Shown here piece by piece: positions 50,681-64,000 of a stretch of 64,000 bases of DNA; the first letter of the stretch is position 1, and every line of letters begins with the position of its first letter. The notes beneath the pieces were generated by a model. It was not told where the DNA came from. It saw only the letters and a program-made list of their open reading frames with translations, and searched no databases. Source of the DNA: Octopus sinensis (lineage: Eukaryota); the NCBI RefSeq assembly GCF_006345805.1, contig NC_043007.1:24118001-24182000 (forward strand), read 5' to 3'. The translations under genes were made by a program, and so were the position numbers.

Positions 50681-52759
50681 CTGTTGTGGTGGAGAAGAAT
50701 AATAGATTTATTATAATAATAACAACAACCACATCAACAACAACAATAATAATAAAAATCATCATCATCGTTTAGCGTCCGCTTTCCATACTAGCATAGG
50801 TTGGACGGTTCAACTGGGGTCTGGGAAGCCAGAAGGCTGCACCAGGCCCAGTCTGATCTGGCAATGTTTCTACAGCTGGATGCCCTTCCTAACGCCAACC
50901 ACTCCGTGAATGTAGTGGGTGCTTTTTACGTGCCAGACGAGGCTGGCAAACGGCCACGATTGGATGGTGCTTTTTACATGCCACCGGCACGGGGGCCAGG
51001 CGAGGCTGGCAATGGCCACGATCGGATGGTGCTTTTTACGTGCCACCGGCACGAGGCCAAATAATAAAAACAATAATAATCTAAACATGGTGTTAAACTG
51101 GGTGACTGATTAAATCTCTGTATAAGGAGTTGTGATGAAACCCTTGACTCCTGATGGATGTCATAGGGGCCACTCTCTTGGGTGTATGAAACTTGGCAGG
51201 AGCAAGTCCCTTTCCAATTCTGAATTTGTTCTGGGGAGAAATTCAGAAAGTGAGACTGAGAAAGAGGAAGAGAGAAAGAACTGGCATCAGTACTGGACTG
51301 TTACATCATTTATTGACCTTGAAAGGATGAAAGTAAAGTTTACCACTGTGGGATTTGAACTCAGAGTATAGAGAGCTGAAATGAATACCTCTGTAGCGGG
51401 AATATTTATCAGTTAGAACACTATATCCAATATCATGATTTGTTAGAATATAACCTACATCACTGAAAAGATTTGATTGATCAAGGCTTCACCTGGAACC
51501 AGCTCCAGTAACAATTTCATCTTTTGACATGTTTCTTTCTGAATCTAACTCACACTATATATTCAGTGCACCTTAGCTACAATGATGAGATGGCAGACAG
51601 GCATCAAAGAGACAGTTAAAAGCAATGAACCAGTGGCGAATGAGAGACATCAGAAGACAGTAGCAAACCAGTGGCTAACTACATTTTAACTGCTGCTACA
51701 ATCACATCAGTCCAAGAACAAATATCTCCAAATTCTTGGATGTTTTGCCATTCGAGTAACAACATTTTTCTTTGGTTACAAAAATAATGTATATTTTTTT
51801 TATTTATCAAAACTCTCAAGGGATATCAGTGTTCTTCTTTGTAACAACTCAAAGCATTCTCTCAGACACTCTGCTGAGTCTGCCAACTTGTCCTTTTCCT
51901 TTTATCTTTTAACTTGTTTCAGCCTTTGGGACTGTGACCATGCTGGAGTATCACTTGGAAGGGTTTAGTCAAATATGCCAACCCCAGTACTTATTCTATT
52001 GGTCCCTTTTGCAGCACTTAAGTTTCAAGCCAGGTCATTATTCCAATGATCTCTTTTCTGAACTGGCAGGTTTAGCTGTCAAGTGGTGGTGGGAACAAAT
52101 GCCAGTGCAAGTATACACACAGAGATCTATAAATATATCATCATCGTTTAACGTCTGCCTTCCATGCTGGCATGGGTTAGACGGTTTGACAGGACCTGGC
52201 CAGGAAGAAGCCAACACCATACTTCTGTGACTGTTTTGGCAAGGTTTTTATGGTTGGATGCCCTTCCTAACACCAACCACCTTGCAGATTGGGCTGACTG
52301 TTTTTTTTACGGGGGTGGGGGCAACACATTATTATCATATTATTTTACATAATATCAAGGCGGCGAGCTGGCAGAATCGTTAGCACGTCGGGTGAAATGC
52401 TGAGAGGTATTTCGTCTGCCGCTACGTTCTGAGTTCAATTTCCGCCGAGGTCGACTTTGCCTTCCATCCTTTCGGGGTCGATTAAATTAAGTACCAGTTA
52501 CGCACTGGGATCGATATAACCACTTAATCCGTTTGTCTCCTCTGTGTTTAGCCCTTTGTGGGTAGCAAAGAAATAGGTATTTCGTTTGACTTTACGTTCT
52601 GAGTTCAAATTCCACTGAGGTCGACTTTGCCTTTCATACTTTCGGGGTCAATAAATTAAGCACCAGTTACGTATTGGGGTCGATCTAATCGACTGGTTCC
52701 CTCCCCCAAAATTTCGGGCCTTGTACTTAGAGTAGAAAAATGGAAGATTTTTACATCAT

Positions 52760-52903
52760 ATTATATTATATCATATTATATTATATTATATTATATTATC
52801 TCTATTATATATTATATTATATTATATTATAATATCTCTATTATATTATATTATATTATATTTATATTATATTATATTATATTATATCATATTATATATT
52901 ATA
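52760..52903. repeat. (ATATT)n pentanucleotide microsatellite abutting the Ig-exon donor
   Basis: direct reading of the sequence. Confidence 0.9.
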
Positions 52904-52909
52904 CAGTAC

Positions 52910-53215
52910 CTTTATCAAGAATGAAAACTACAGCATCTTTGTTTACTATCTTGCCGTTAGCTAGTTTCACAACACATATATAGGCACCGGCATCCAATAT
53001 TTTCAGCTTCTTGATGTTGAGGGAAACAGAGTTATTTCCCCTGCTACATGCCAGCGTGTCATTGCGATCAACACTTATAAACAACCATTTCATAAATATC
53101 GGCGGTTTTTTAACTGAGTTGACCACACATTTCATCTGCAGGTTAGATCCTTTCACTTTCTTTAGCCTCCATTTCGGCAAGATCTTAATTTTGGGTTCAG
53201 AGAATTGGCAAGTCC
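52910..53215 (-). CDS. LDLRAD3-like protein, immunoglobulin-domain exon (306 nt, phase 1-1)
   Basis: long polypyrimidine tract-ccAG acceptor, GTACTG donor; encodes TCQFSEPKIKILPKWRLKKVKGSNLQMKCVVNS...MKWLF...SVSLNIKKLKILDAGAYICVVKLANG...; C..W..L.I...DAGAYxC Ig signature. Confidence 0.88.
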
Positions 53216-53860
53216 CTGGAAGAAGAAGAAGAAAAAGAGAAACTATGAAAGAAAAGAAAATAGTTACAAATAGAGAAATGAATAAGTGTAAAAAAATGAA
53301 AAAGAAATTTTAAAAATCAAATAAAGGACACGGGTACAAACAGTATATATTTCTTTACTACCCACAAGGGGCCTAAACACAGAGGGGACAAACAAGGACA
53401 GACAAACGGATTAAGTCGATTATATCGACCTCAGTGCGTAACTGGTACTTAATTTATCGACTCTGAAAGGATGAAAGGCAAAGTCGACCTTTGTGGAATT
53501 TGAACTCAGAACGTAAAGTCAGACGAAATACCTATTTCTTTACTACCCGCAAGGGGCTAAACACAGAGGGGACAGACAAACGGATTAAGTCGATTATATC
53601 GACCCCAGTGTTTCACTGGTACTTATTTAATCGACCCGATGAAAGGCAAAGTCGACCTCGGCGGAATTTGAACTCAGAACGTAACGGCAGACGAAATACG
53701 GCTACGCATTTCGCCCGGTGTGCTAACGATTCTGCCAGCTCGCCGCCTACGGGTACATACAGTATAGTAAGCAACCCACCTCTCTCTCACACACACATAC
53801 ACACACACACACTCGCATGCGCAGATAAAGATACACATCATAGAAATATTGTTGTTTGTT

Positions 53861-54149
53861 CCTTCTCGAACCATGCCTGGCTCATAAGGGCCGGTTTCCT
53901 TGGCATATACATTCCCCACCTGGACGGGACGCCGGTCCGTCGCAGGTGAGCTGCAAGATGCAGGAGGAAAGAGTGAGAGAAAGTTGTGGCGAAAGTGTCA
54001 GCAGAAGTTCGCCATTACCTTCTGCCGGAGCCGCGTGGAGCTTAGGTGTTTCGCTCATAAACACACACACATTGCCCAGCCTGGGATTCGAACCGGCGAT
54101 CCCTCGACCGCGAGTCCGCTGCTCTGACCACTAGGCCATGTGCCTCCAC
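53861..54149 (-). mobile_element. tRNA-derived SINE with a V-domain-like motif
   Basis: GTGGAGGCACATGGCCTAGTGG, GGTTCGAATCCC, TGCGACGGACCGGCGTCCCGTCCAG (53944-53920). Confidence 0.8.
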
Positions 54150-54442
54150 CCAATAGAAATATTGAAGGGAGTAAATGGAACAGGATGAGACACGAGGGAT
54201 GGAGAGTTCCTGAAGAGGTCAAAATATTTCAGACAAAGGATACAAGCATAAGAACAAGGATAGACCTGAAGGGAAGAACGAATATATAGTGTGCGCACGC
54301 GCGTGGCGGCTGCATAAAGCATCTTTTATTCAAAATATGAAGAGGAATGTATTTTACAGAAGAAAAACAAGGAAAAAAAAGAAGGGTTGGGGGAAACTAT
54401 CAATGTAACACCAAGAGCTCTTGGCAAAAAGAAAAAAAAATG

Positions 54443-54685
54443 ATTGCAGCGTGGAAGGTGTTTATAAGCCATTTAAGAAACACACAAAAACCGTTAGATT
54501 CACTTCATTTAAATTTAATTTGTCAAAATATTTTCGTCGCTTTGAGACTGCAAATTTTGTCAGTGAACTGGTCACAGTCTCAAAGCGATGAAAATATTTT
54601 GACAAATTAAATTTAAATGTTGAAGTGAATCTAACGGTTTTTGTGTGTTTCTTAAATGGCTTATAAACACCTTCCACGCTGCAAT
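54443..54685. mobile_element. Foldback element of 243 bp (arms about 108 bp)
   Basis: ATTGCAGCGTGGAAGGTGTTTATAAGCC.. / ..GGCTTATAAACACCTTCCACGCTGCAAT. Confidence 0.88.
54556..54606 (+). ncRNA. Hammerhead-like fold, G3-C8 variant
   Basis: TTTGTCA-GTGAACT-G-GTCAC[9 nt]GCGAT-GAA-AATATT-T-TGACAAA; 7-bp stem I and palindromic stem III; position 9 is U. Confidence 0.62.
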
Positions 54686-56054
54686 TGTTTTCGTTCCAGC
54701 ACACGATCTCAGATCAGGTCACTTGCTATGCAAGTACATCTCTGTAAAAAAAAAATGACCATCCTGAAAGATAACAAAAAAATATTTACACATTATTGTA
54801 TTTGATGGCATATTTGATGTGCAAAAGTGCATAGCTTAATGCTTAGGGGTATTCGGCTTATGATAGCAAGGTTATGAGTTCCAGCAACAGGTCATAGTGG
54901 TTAGTGTGTTAATGCACTATACAGTGTTACAAATAATTTTTCACATACACCAGGTAATGGTGTTAAACTGGGTAATGGATTAGGTGCAATTGTGGCTGCA
55001 TGGTAAGAAGTTTGCTCCCCAACCACATGGTTCTCAGTTCAGTCCCACTGCATGGTATCTTGGGCAAGTAGCTTCTGCTATAGCCCTGGGCTCACCAAAG
55101 CCTTCTAAGTAGATCTGGTAGATGGAAACTGAAAGAAGCTCAACGTGTGTGTGTATACCTTTGTTCCCCACCTCCACTTGACAACTGATGTTGGTCTGTT
55201 ACAACCCTGTAACTTAGCGGTTTGGCAAAAAAGACTGATAGTACTGGGCTTTAAAAAAATTAGTAATGGGGTTAGTTTGCTTGATTAAAATTCTTCAAGC
55301 CACTGCCCCAGCATGGCTGCAGTCTAATGATTGAAACAAGTAAAAATATCAAAGATTTGCTTTTTGCTATTTTACTTTCTATTATAGCTTTGTCACAGGA
55401 AGGACCTATCATTCTTTTCAAGGAGGCCATGATATTACCTATTTCTTTACTACCCACAAGGGGCTAAACAGAGGGGACAAACAAGGACAGACAAATGGAT
55501 TAAGTCGATTATATCGACTCCAGTGCGTAACTGGTACTTAATTTATCGACCCCAAAAGGATGAATAGCAAAGACAACCTCGGCGGAATTTGAACTCAGAA
55601 TGTAACGGCAGACGAAATACCTATTTCTTTATTACCCACAAGGGGCGAAACATAGAGGGGACAAACATGGACAGACATAGGTATTAAGTCGATTAGATCA
55701 ACCCCCAGTGCGAAACAGGTATTTAATTTATCGACCACAAAAGGATGAAAGGCAAAGTCGACCTCGGTGGAATTTGAACTCAGAATGTAACGACAGACGA
55801 AATACAGCTACACATTTCGCCCGGCGTGCTAACGTTTCTGCCAGCTCACCACCTTTGGCCATGATATCACCCTCAGACTAAAGGACCAGGCTGAATTTTT
55901 GCATGAACTGGACTTTGCTAAAGTCACCAATGGGCCAAGTTGTTAAACTGGATAAAGGGTTAAGTCTAACTCCTCCAAAACAAGAATTGTCCCATGGAAA
56001 ATCTTCCAAACAGTTTCTGTGTACTAAACTTCACAAACAAAGGCTTTGGTTAAT

Positions 56055-57102
<1,048 letters not shown>

Positions 57103-57545
57103 GACTAGAGTAGAGGACATTTATTTAAAGTGTTACCTGAGACCATTTATGTGCATTTATGTACCAAGTGCATTCCATAATCACACAATCACACAGCCAG
57201 GTGCATGGCCTCTCAGTAATTTCAGAAATTCCAAACTCAAATTGCTTTTTCTTTTTTTTTTTTTACCTTTCTTATTAATGATTAATTACAACAAAGCTCA
57301 TATGAGATATACAATAGACTACTGTTCCAGCAATTGGGACAAAGCTTCTGTGGCTGCTACCACTGCTGTTGGTGCTGCATACAGACCTCCTGCGACTTAT
57401 TAAATATAGCAGTGAAGGAATGGCAGTGTGGCTAACAAAGTTTTGTTTCCCAACCGTTATTGTCAACTCCACTGCATGGCACCTTGGGCAGATGTCTTCT
57501 ACTATAGCCTTGGGCTGACCAAAGCCTTGGGCTGACCAAAGCCTT

Positions 57546-57749
57546 GTTGTTGTTGTTGTTAAGCAACAAGGCGGGTAAGTGTGATTAGGTGATGGTCTAG
57601 GGCTTAGGGGCGGGAGACCCCAAACCTTGGAAAAAAAAAACTTTGGTCGTCTTGTTGTAGTCGAGGGCTCTTCGTTGACGCCCAACACCGCTGGGAGGTG
57701 GCCCTCGAAGTCGCTGGAAATGGAGATCTCCAGGTCCAAATTCTTGAAC
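57546..57749 (-). mobile_element. Young 204-bp LINE-like 3' end with an (ACA)n tail, inserted into a CORE SINE
   Basis: flanked by GGCTGACCAAAGCCTT (57530-45 and 57750-65; a third copy at 57513-28); GC-rich. Confidence 0.7.
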
Positions 57750-57818
57750 GGCTGACCAAAGCCTTATGAGTGGATTTGGTAGACAGAAACTGAAAGAAGC
57801 AATTTGTAAATATATATT

Positions 57819-57858
<40 letters not shown>

Positions 57859-58436
57859 GGAGATATTTTGTATTGCTTTATCACTCACTTGTAAACAATG
57901 GGTTTGCTAATGATGTCATTTGCTTGCAGTATACTACATAACTGTGAAGGCATGTGGGCAAGTGGTTAGGGCATCCAGTTCATGATCATAAAGTTGTGAG
58001 TTCAATTCCCGGTGACGCATTGTGTCCTTGAGCAAGACACTTTATTTCACACTGTTCCAGTCCACTCAGCTGGCAAAAAAGAGTAGTACCCGTATTTCAA
58101 AGGGGCCAGGCTCATCACATTCTGTGTCAAGCTGAATCTCCCTTAGAACTACATTAAGGGTATGCATGTCTGTGGAGTGCTCAGCCACTTGCATGTTAAT
58201 TTCACGAGCAAGCTGTTTGGTTGATCAGATCAACTGGAACCCTCATTGTCGTAACTGACAGAGTGCCTGTTACTACATAATTGTGTGGTAAGTAGCTTGC
58301 TTACCAACGACATGGTTTTGGGTTCAGTCCCACTGCATGGCACCTTGGGTAAGTGTCGTCTACTATAGCCTCAGACCAACCAAAGCATTGTTTGTGGATT
58401 TGGTAGAGGGAAACCGAAAGAAGCCTGGCATATATA

Positions 58437-58439
<3 letters not shown>

Positions 58440-58475
<36 letters not shown>

Positions 58476-59538
58476 GTTGGTGCATAATTATTGCGGCTTT
58501 TTTCCAACAAATTTTATTCAACAAAAACAAGGAGATTGGAAAATTTTCTGATAATATCTAATCACCATTACACATGTTTCATTTACTAATAGGATTTATA
58601 AATTTGTATATGTAGTAGAAAACATGTTAGACTTCTACTATTAGAAATTCTTCAGACGGAGAATCAAATGTGAAATGGTGAATAAATAATACCAAGAATT
58701 TTCCCAATTTCTGCAAGAAATATTTTCCTGTATTTTTGACTCTTATGTAGACGTCACACAAGTATAATACTTAAATATGGTTTTGGAATACTAGCATAAG
58801 CAGATGTGCTTCAAGAGGACACAGCTTGAATTTTAACCCTATCTACATAATATATATGTATATAAGTATGTATATAAGTATGTATGTATATATATATATA
58901 TGTGTGTGTGTGTGTACGTGTGTATGTATATATATGTATGTATGTATATATGTGTGTGTGTATGTATATATATATATATACATGTACACATACACACATG
59001 CATACACATTTTATGGATTCTCAGTGTCCATGTACCAAATCCACTCACGGTGCTTTGGTCAGCCTCATGTTATAGTTGAAGACACCTGATCAAAGTGTCC
59101 ATGTTGTGAAACTGAATCTGAAACCAAGTTGTTGGAAAAGGAAGCTTTTGAATTCAAAAACATTTCCCTTTACGAAGAACCATAATATTGGTTTATCAGC
59201 AACAACCAAGAAGGATGTACTTGATGGTATTCGGATTTCGTGAAATCACCAACAAGGTTAATATTTTTCCAACGAATGCTTTATGAAGTACCTGCAGGTT
59301 TTGCGATAGAACTACTACCGAAAGTGCTTATGTCTCATTTCCCCTTCTCTGTTAAAAATAGTCGAGAGCCTGACCATTTACAAACTTCTATTGAAGAATC
59401 TAAGACGGATTCCTGATTTAATATGCGGGTATGTATCAGATGTAAAGTGTCTGTCAATACAATTTTGTCAACAGAATTATCAGGCATGATCAAATTGATG
59501 TATCACTTAGTCTGTCTGTCTATCTGTCTTGATAGAAT

Positions 59539-59582
<44 letters not shown>

Positions 59583-59603
59583 TAGATATGTGTGTGTGTA
59601 TAT

Positions 59604-59634
<31 letters not shown>

Positions 59635-60699
59635 TAGGTTGGTGCATAATTATTGCGGCTTTTTTCCAACAAATTTTATTCAACAAAAACAAGGAGATTG
59701 GAAAATTTTCTGATAATATCTAATCACCATTACACATGTTTCATTTACTAATAGGATTTATAAATTTGTATATGTAGTAGAAAACATGTTAGACTTCTAC
59801 TATTAGAAATTCTTCAGACGGAGAATCAAATGTGAAATGGTGAATAAATAATACCAAGAATTTTCCCAATTTCTGCAAGAAATATTTTCCTGTATTTTTG
59901 ACTCTTATGTAGACGTCACACAAGTATAATACTTAAATATGGTTTTGGAATACTAGCATAAGCAGATGTGCTTCAAGAGGACACAGCTTGAATTTTAACC
60001 CTATCTACATAATATATATGTATATAAGTATGTATATAAGTATGTATGTATATATATATATGTGTGTGTGTGTGTACGTGTGTATGTATATATATGTATG
60101 TATGTATATATGTGTGTGTGTATGTATATATATATATATACATGTACACATACACACATGCATACACATTTTATGGATTCTCAGTGTCCATGTACCAAAT
60201 CCACTCACGGTGCTTTGGTCAGCCTCATGTTATAGTTGAAGACACTTGATCAAAGTGTCCATGTTGTGAAACTGAATCTGAAACCAAGTTGTTGGAAAAG
60301 GAAGCTTTTGAATTCAAAAACATTTCCCTTTACGAAGAACCATAATATTGGTTTATCAGCAACAACCAAGAAGGATGTACTTGATGGTATTCGGATTTCG
60401 TGAAATCACCAACAAGGTTAATATTTTTCCAACGAATGCTTTATGAAGTACCTGCAGGTTTTGCGATAGAACTACTACCGAAAGTGCTTATGTCTCATTT
60501 CCCCTTCTCTGTTAAAAATAGTCGAGAGCCTGACCATTTACAAACTTCTATTGAAGAATCTAAGACGGATTTCCTGATTTAATATGCGGGTATGTATCAG
60601 ATGTAAAGTGTCTGTCAATACAATTTTGTCAACAGAATTATCAGGCATGATCAAATTGATGTATCACTTAGTCTGTCTGTCTATCTGTCTTGATAGAAT

Positions 60700-60732
<33 letters not shown>

Positions 60733-60759
60733 TGATAGATATGTGTGTGTGTATATATA

Positions 60760-60765
<6 letters not shown>
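58440..60765. repeat. Tandem duplication C, period 1162 bp
   Basis: 58472 and 59634 start identical blocks; about 2 differences seen outside the microsatellites. Confidence 0.92.
58472..58540 (+). mobile_element. mariner terminal fragment (duplicated at 59634)
   Basis: TA-TTAGGTTGGTGCATAATTATTGCGGCTT, resembling the Hsmar1-type TIR. Confidence 0.65.
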
Positions 60766-60810
<45 letters not shown>

Positions 60811-60917
60811 ATTTCGGGATGGTCATTTTCTCTTTTTTGTCAAATAAACACGCGCACTATGTTTTTTTGTCACTTGTTTATTACTGTTCTTATTTTATTA
60901 TTTTAATTCACGTCCAT

Positions 60918-60962
60918 TGTCTGGAAATCTTTCATCACACACCTGTGACCTCTTCAGTGACA
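60918..60962 (-). ncRNA. Compact hammerhead fold, canonical core
   Basis: TGTCA-CTGAAGA-G-GTCAC[AGGTGT]GTGAT-GAA-AGATTT-C-CAGACA; UUC triplet; stem I imperfect next to the core. Confidence 0.65.
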
Positions 60963-61037
60963 CTTTTCGTTTTTGTGTGTGTTCTTGCTCCACTTACTCC
61001 ATTACTACAAATTGATAAACGTATACACAAACACACT

Positions 61038-61073
<36 letters not shown>

Positions 61074-62827
61074 CTTTTATCTTTTACTTGTTTCAGTCGT
61101 TTGACTGTGGCCATGCTGGTGCACTATCTTGAAGTATTTTTAGTCGAATGGATCAACTCCAATACTTATTTTTATATTTTTTGGAGCATGATACTTATCT
61201 TATCAGTCTCTTTCACTGAACTGCTAAGTCACAGATTTGTAAACACACCAACACTGGTTCTTAAGTGGTGGTGGGGGACAAACACACACACAATGACATA
61301 CACACGTGTATATGACGAGCTTCTTCGGTTTCTGTCTAACAAATCTGCCCGCAAGGCATGGGTCAGCCTGAGGCTATAATTGAAGACACTTACTTGCCAA
61401 AGGAACCATGCAGTGGGTCTGATCCTGGAACCATGTGGTTAGAAAGCAAACTTCTTACCAAACAGCCATGACCGAACGCACGCGTTGTTTCTCTTCTCCA
61501 AGTAAGTTTTTATTTATATATACATATACATATACATATATATATATAGCAAATCAGTTTAAGACAATGCAGGGTTAGGAGAGCAGGAGACAAGACAAAC
61601 TCTATGGTACTGGTGCCACGGTAAAATGCTTCCAGTACGTTCTGTAAAATGGTTGGTGTTAGGAAGAGCATCCAACCATAGAAACCATGCCAGAACTGAG
61701 ATATTAAAGCTCATCATGGTCTTCTGGCTTGTCAGATCCAGTCAAACAATTCGACCCATACCAGCATGGAAAGCAGACATAATGATGATGATGGTGGTGA
61801 TGGCGGTGGCAGCAAGATAGTAGTGGCAGTGAGACAGCAGTGGCGGCGGCAGCAGTTGTGGTGGTGGTGAAGATGATGGTAATGATGGTGGTGAGCTGGC
61901 AGAAACGTTAGCACGCCGGGCGAAATGCTTACCGGCATTTCGTCTGCATTATGTTGTGAATTCAAATTCCGCCGAGGTCAACTTTGCCTTTCATCCTTTC
62001 GGGGTCGATAAATTAAGTACCAGTTACGCACTGGGGTCGATGTAATCGACTTAATACCTATGTCTGTCCTTGTTTGTCCCCTCTGTGTTTAGCCCCTTGT
62101 GGGTAGTAAAGAAATAGGTAATGATGGTGGTGGTGGTTAGGGTGGCGATGGTGGTGGTGGTGGTGGTGAAGATGATGATGACGATGATGATGATAATGAT
62201 GATTCAGGGTCAGGCAGGCAGACAGTACATGTGACAAAGCTGGAACTTTTGAATAACATCTTTTCAGTCTGTGGAGTGAATTTCCACACACATTCCATGT
62301 TCCTCATTCACAACTCTTTGAATGAATGACTCAAGTCTATGACAGAAGAGACCCTTATCCAAAGTCCCAAGGCATGGAAGGCATCACACGAAGGAAACTC
62401 AGAACCCTGCTTTATTGGAAAGTGAAATTCCTGACCATGTGGCTACATTCCTTCTCCTCCTTCCCTCCAGCAACACTCAAAATATGAGTGAGTCATTTTT
62501 ATTATTTTTCTCTACGTTTGATTATGAATTTATATGAATTTCATTTTATTTTGTTCATTTTTTTTTTTATTCCTTGAATTAATAACATAGACAGGACATA
62601 AAGACAGAGCATTGATCTCAAACCGATCAATAATGAAAACACACACACACACACATACACACGAGTATTATTTGTTCAGTGTACTTTAGAGCAAGATTAA
62701 TTCCAACAGAGATATAGAGTTCCAGTTTAAATGGCAGCTGGCTAATTCTCTTACCAATCTCTTATCCTAGAAACCCACTTTAACAATGTGTTGATGTTTT
62801 TTTCCGATAAACAAGATTTAAGAGAAA

Positions 62828-63484
62828 TTCTTTATACAAACACGACAACATGTGCTAGTGTTTTCCTCTGCACATCTGATCTGTATTGGAATGAACTGTT
62901 AAAACTCATCAATATATACTGTTATATTTCTATATTACATTGCTATTTTCTTACTAATCTTTATATATAAAAGTAAGGTTGTATGCCGTCTGTCTCCTAT
63001 GATTTAGATTCCCAACTACTCCCACATTTTGCAGTGCAGTTTAACCAAAACCGGGTATCTTATAGTCGTAATTCATATCGAGCCCTTCTGGGTATTAGCA
63101 CGCGTCTACAATGAGTCTACGATTTAAAAAAAAATTTACCACCAATTTTTCCCATTTTTAATGCATTTTTGGCATATATAAAGGAAGTAACTCTCTAAAA
63201 ATTTATTATTAGATCTCAGAACGTAAAAAGCTACAGTAACACCCACCTCTTTGTGGTTAACCATATTGAGATGGCTATTATACTTTACATCTCTAAAAAT
63301 GCTTATATAGTTATTTCCCATACAAACCCGAGCAACGCCGGGCGATACTGCTAGTTCTTTATACAAACACGACAACATGTGCTAGTGTTTTCCTCTGCAC
63401 ATCTGATCTGTATTGGAATGAACTGTTAAAACTCATCAATATATACTGTTATATTTCTATATTACATTGCTATTTTCTTACTAA
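62828..63484 (+). repeat. Identical 130-bp direct repeats (62828-62957 and 63355-63484) flanking the Helitron
   Basis: base-by-base identity by eye. Confidence 0.92.
62958..63354 (+). mobile_element. Non-autonomous Helitron
   Basis: A/TC start; CCCGAGCAACGCCGGG hairpin; CTAG/T end. Confidence 0.9.
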
Positions 63485-64000
63485 TAGACTATATTATATT
63501 ACTCTTTTATTTCTTATTATACTACGTTATATTCGTTTCAAATTTTAGCACAAGGCCAGCAATTTCGGGGAAAGGAAGGGGGCTAAGTTAATTACATCAG
63601 TCCCAGTGCTTGACTGGTACTTATTTTATCAATCCCAAAAGGACAAAAGGCAAAGTTGACTCTGAACCCAGAACATAAAGATGGACAGAATGTTGTTTTG
63701 CATTTTGCCCAGCGTGGTAACAGTTCTAACAGCTTGCCACCTTATGCCTACAGAATATATTCTTTTCTACTCTAGGCACAAGGCCTGAAATTTTGGGGGA
63801 GGGGTCCAGTTGATTAGCTCGACCTCAGTATGCAACTGGTACTTAATTTATCGACCCCAAAAGGATGAAAGGCAAAGTCAACCTCGGCGGAATTAGAACT
63901 CAGAACATAAAAACAGATGAAATACCTATTTCTTTACTACCCACAAGGGGCTAAACACAGAGAGGACAAACAAGGACAGACAAAAGGATTAAGTCCATTA

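Noticed and set aside
59150-59500. Possible coding exon in the duplicated block
   Set aside because: Short open frames on both strands without splice signals or recognisable motifs

Overview
Repeat-saturated, AT-rich animal DNA. The SINE, RTE and Penelope repertoire suggests an octopus or other cephalopod genome (inference). Two spliced genes converge tail-to-tail. On the + strand are the last six coding exons of adenylosuccinate synthetase (ADSS/purA; 25493-36758); I found no earlier exons in the first 25 kb. On the - strand are the last three coding exons of an LDLRAD3-like membrane protein (Ig domain 52910-53215, LDLa 50555-50680, TM plus PPxY tail 47369-48189). The rest is compound (TA/TATG/CA)n microsatellite, which explains nearly all long ORFs in the track, plus tRNA-derived SINEs (CORE-, Meta-, Deu- and V-like), CR1 and RTE LINE relics, Penelope-like elements (PLEs), a mariner relic, Helitrons and MITEs. 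The most striking unannotated signal is a dense set of type-I hammerhead-ribozyme folds in at least seven different short repeat families. They have palindromic loop-less stem III, often sit in both arms of foldback elements, and show three Watson-Crick states of the core 3-8 pair (C3-G8, U3-A8, G3-C8) plus an A6U variant. Other oddities: a Helitron flanked by an identical 130-bp direct repeat with AT junctions at both ends; fixed-junction SINE concatemers; a twin-priming-type inverted RTE; an orphan - strand exon; and three ~1.2-kb tandem duplications bounded by microsatellites that may be assembly artefacts. All folds and family assignments were made by eye, and no activity is demonstrated.
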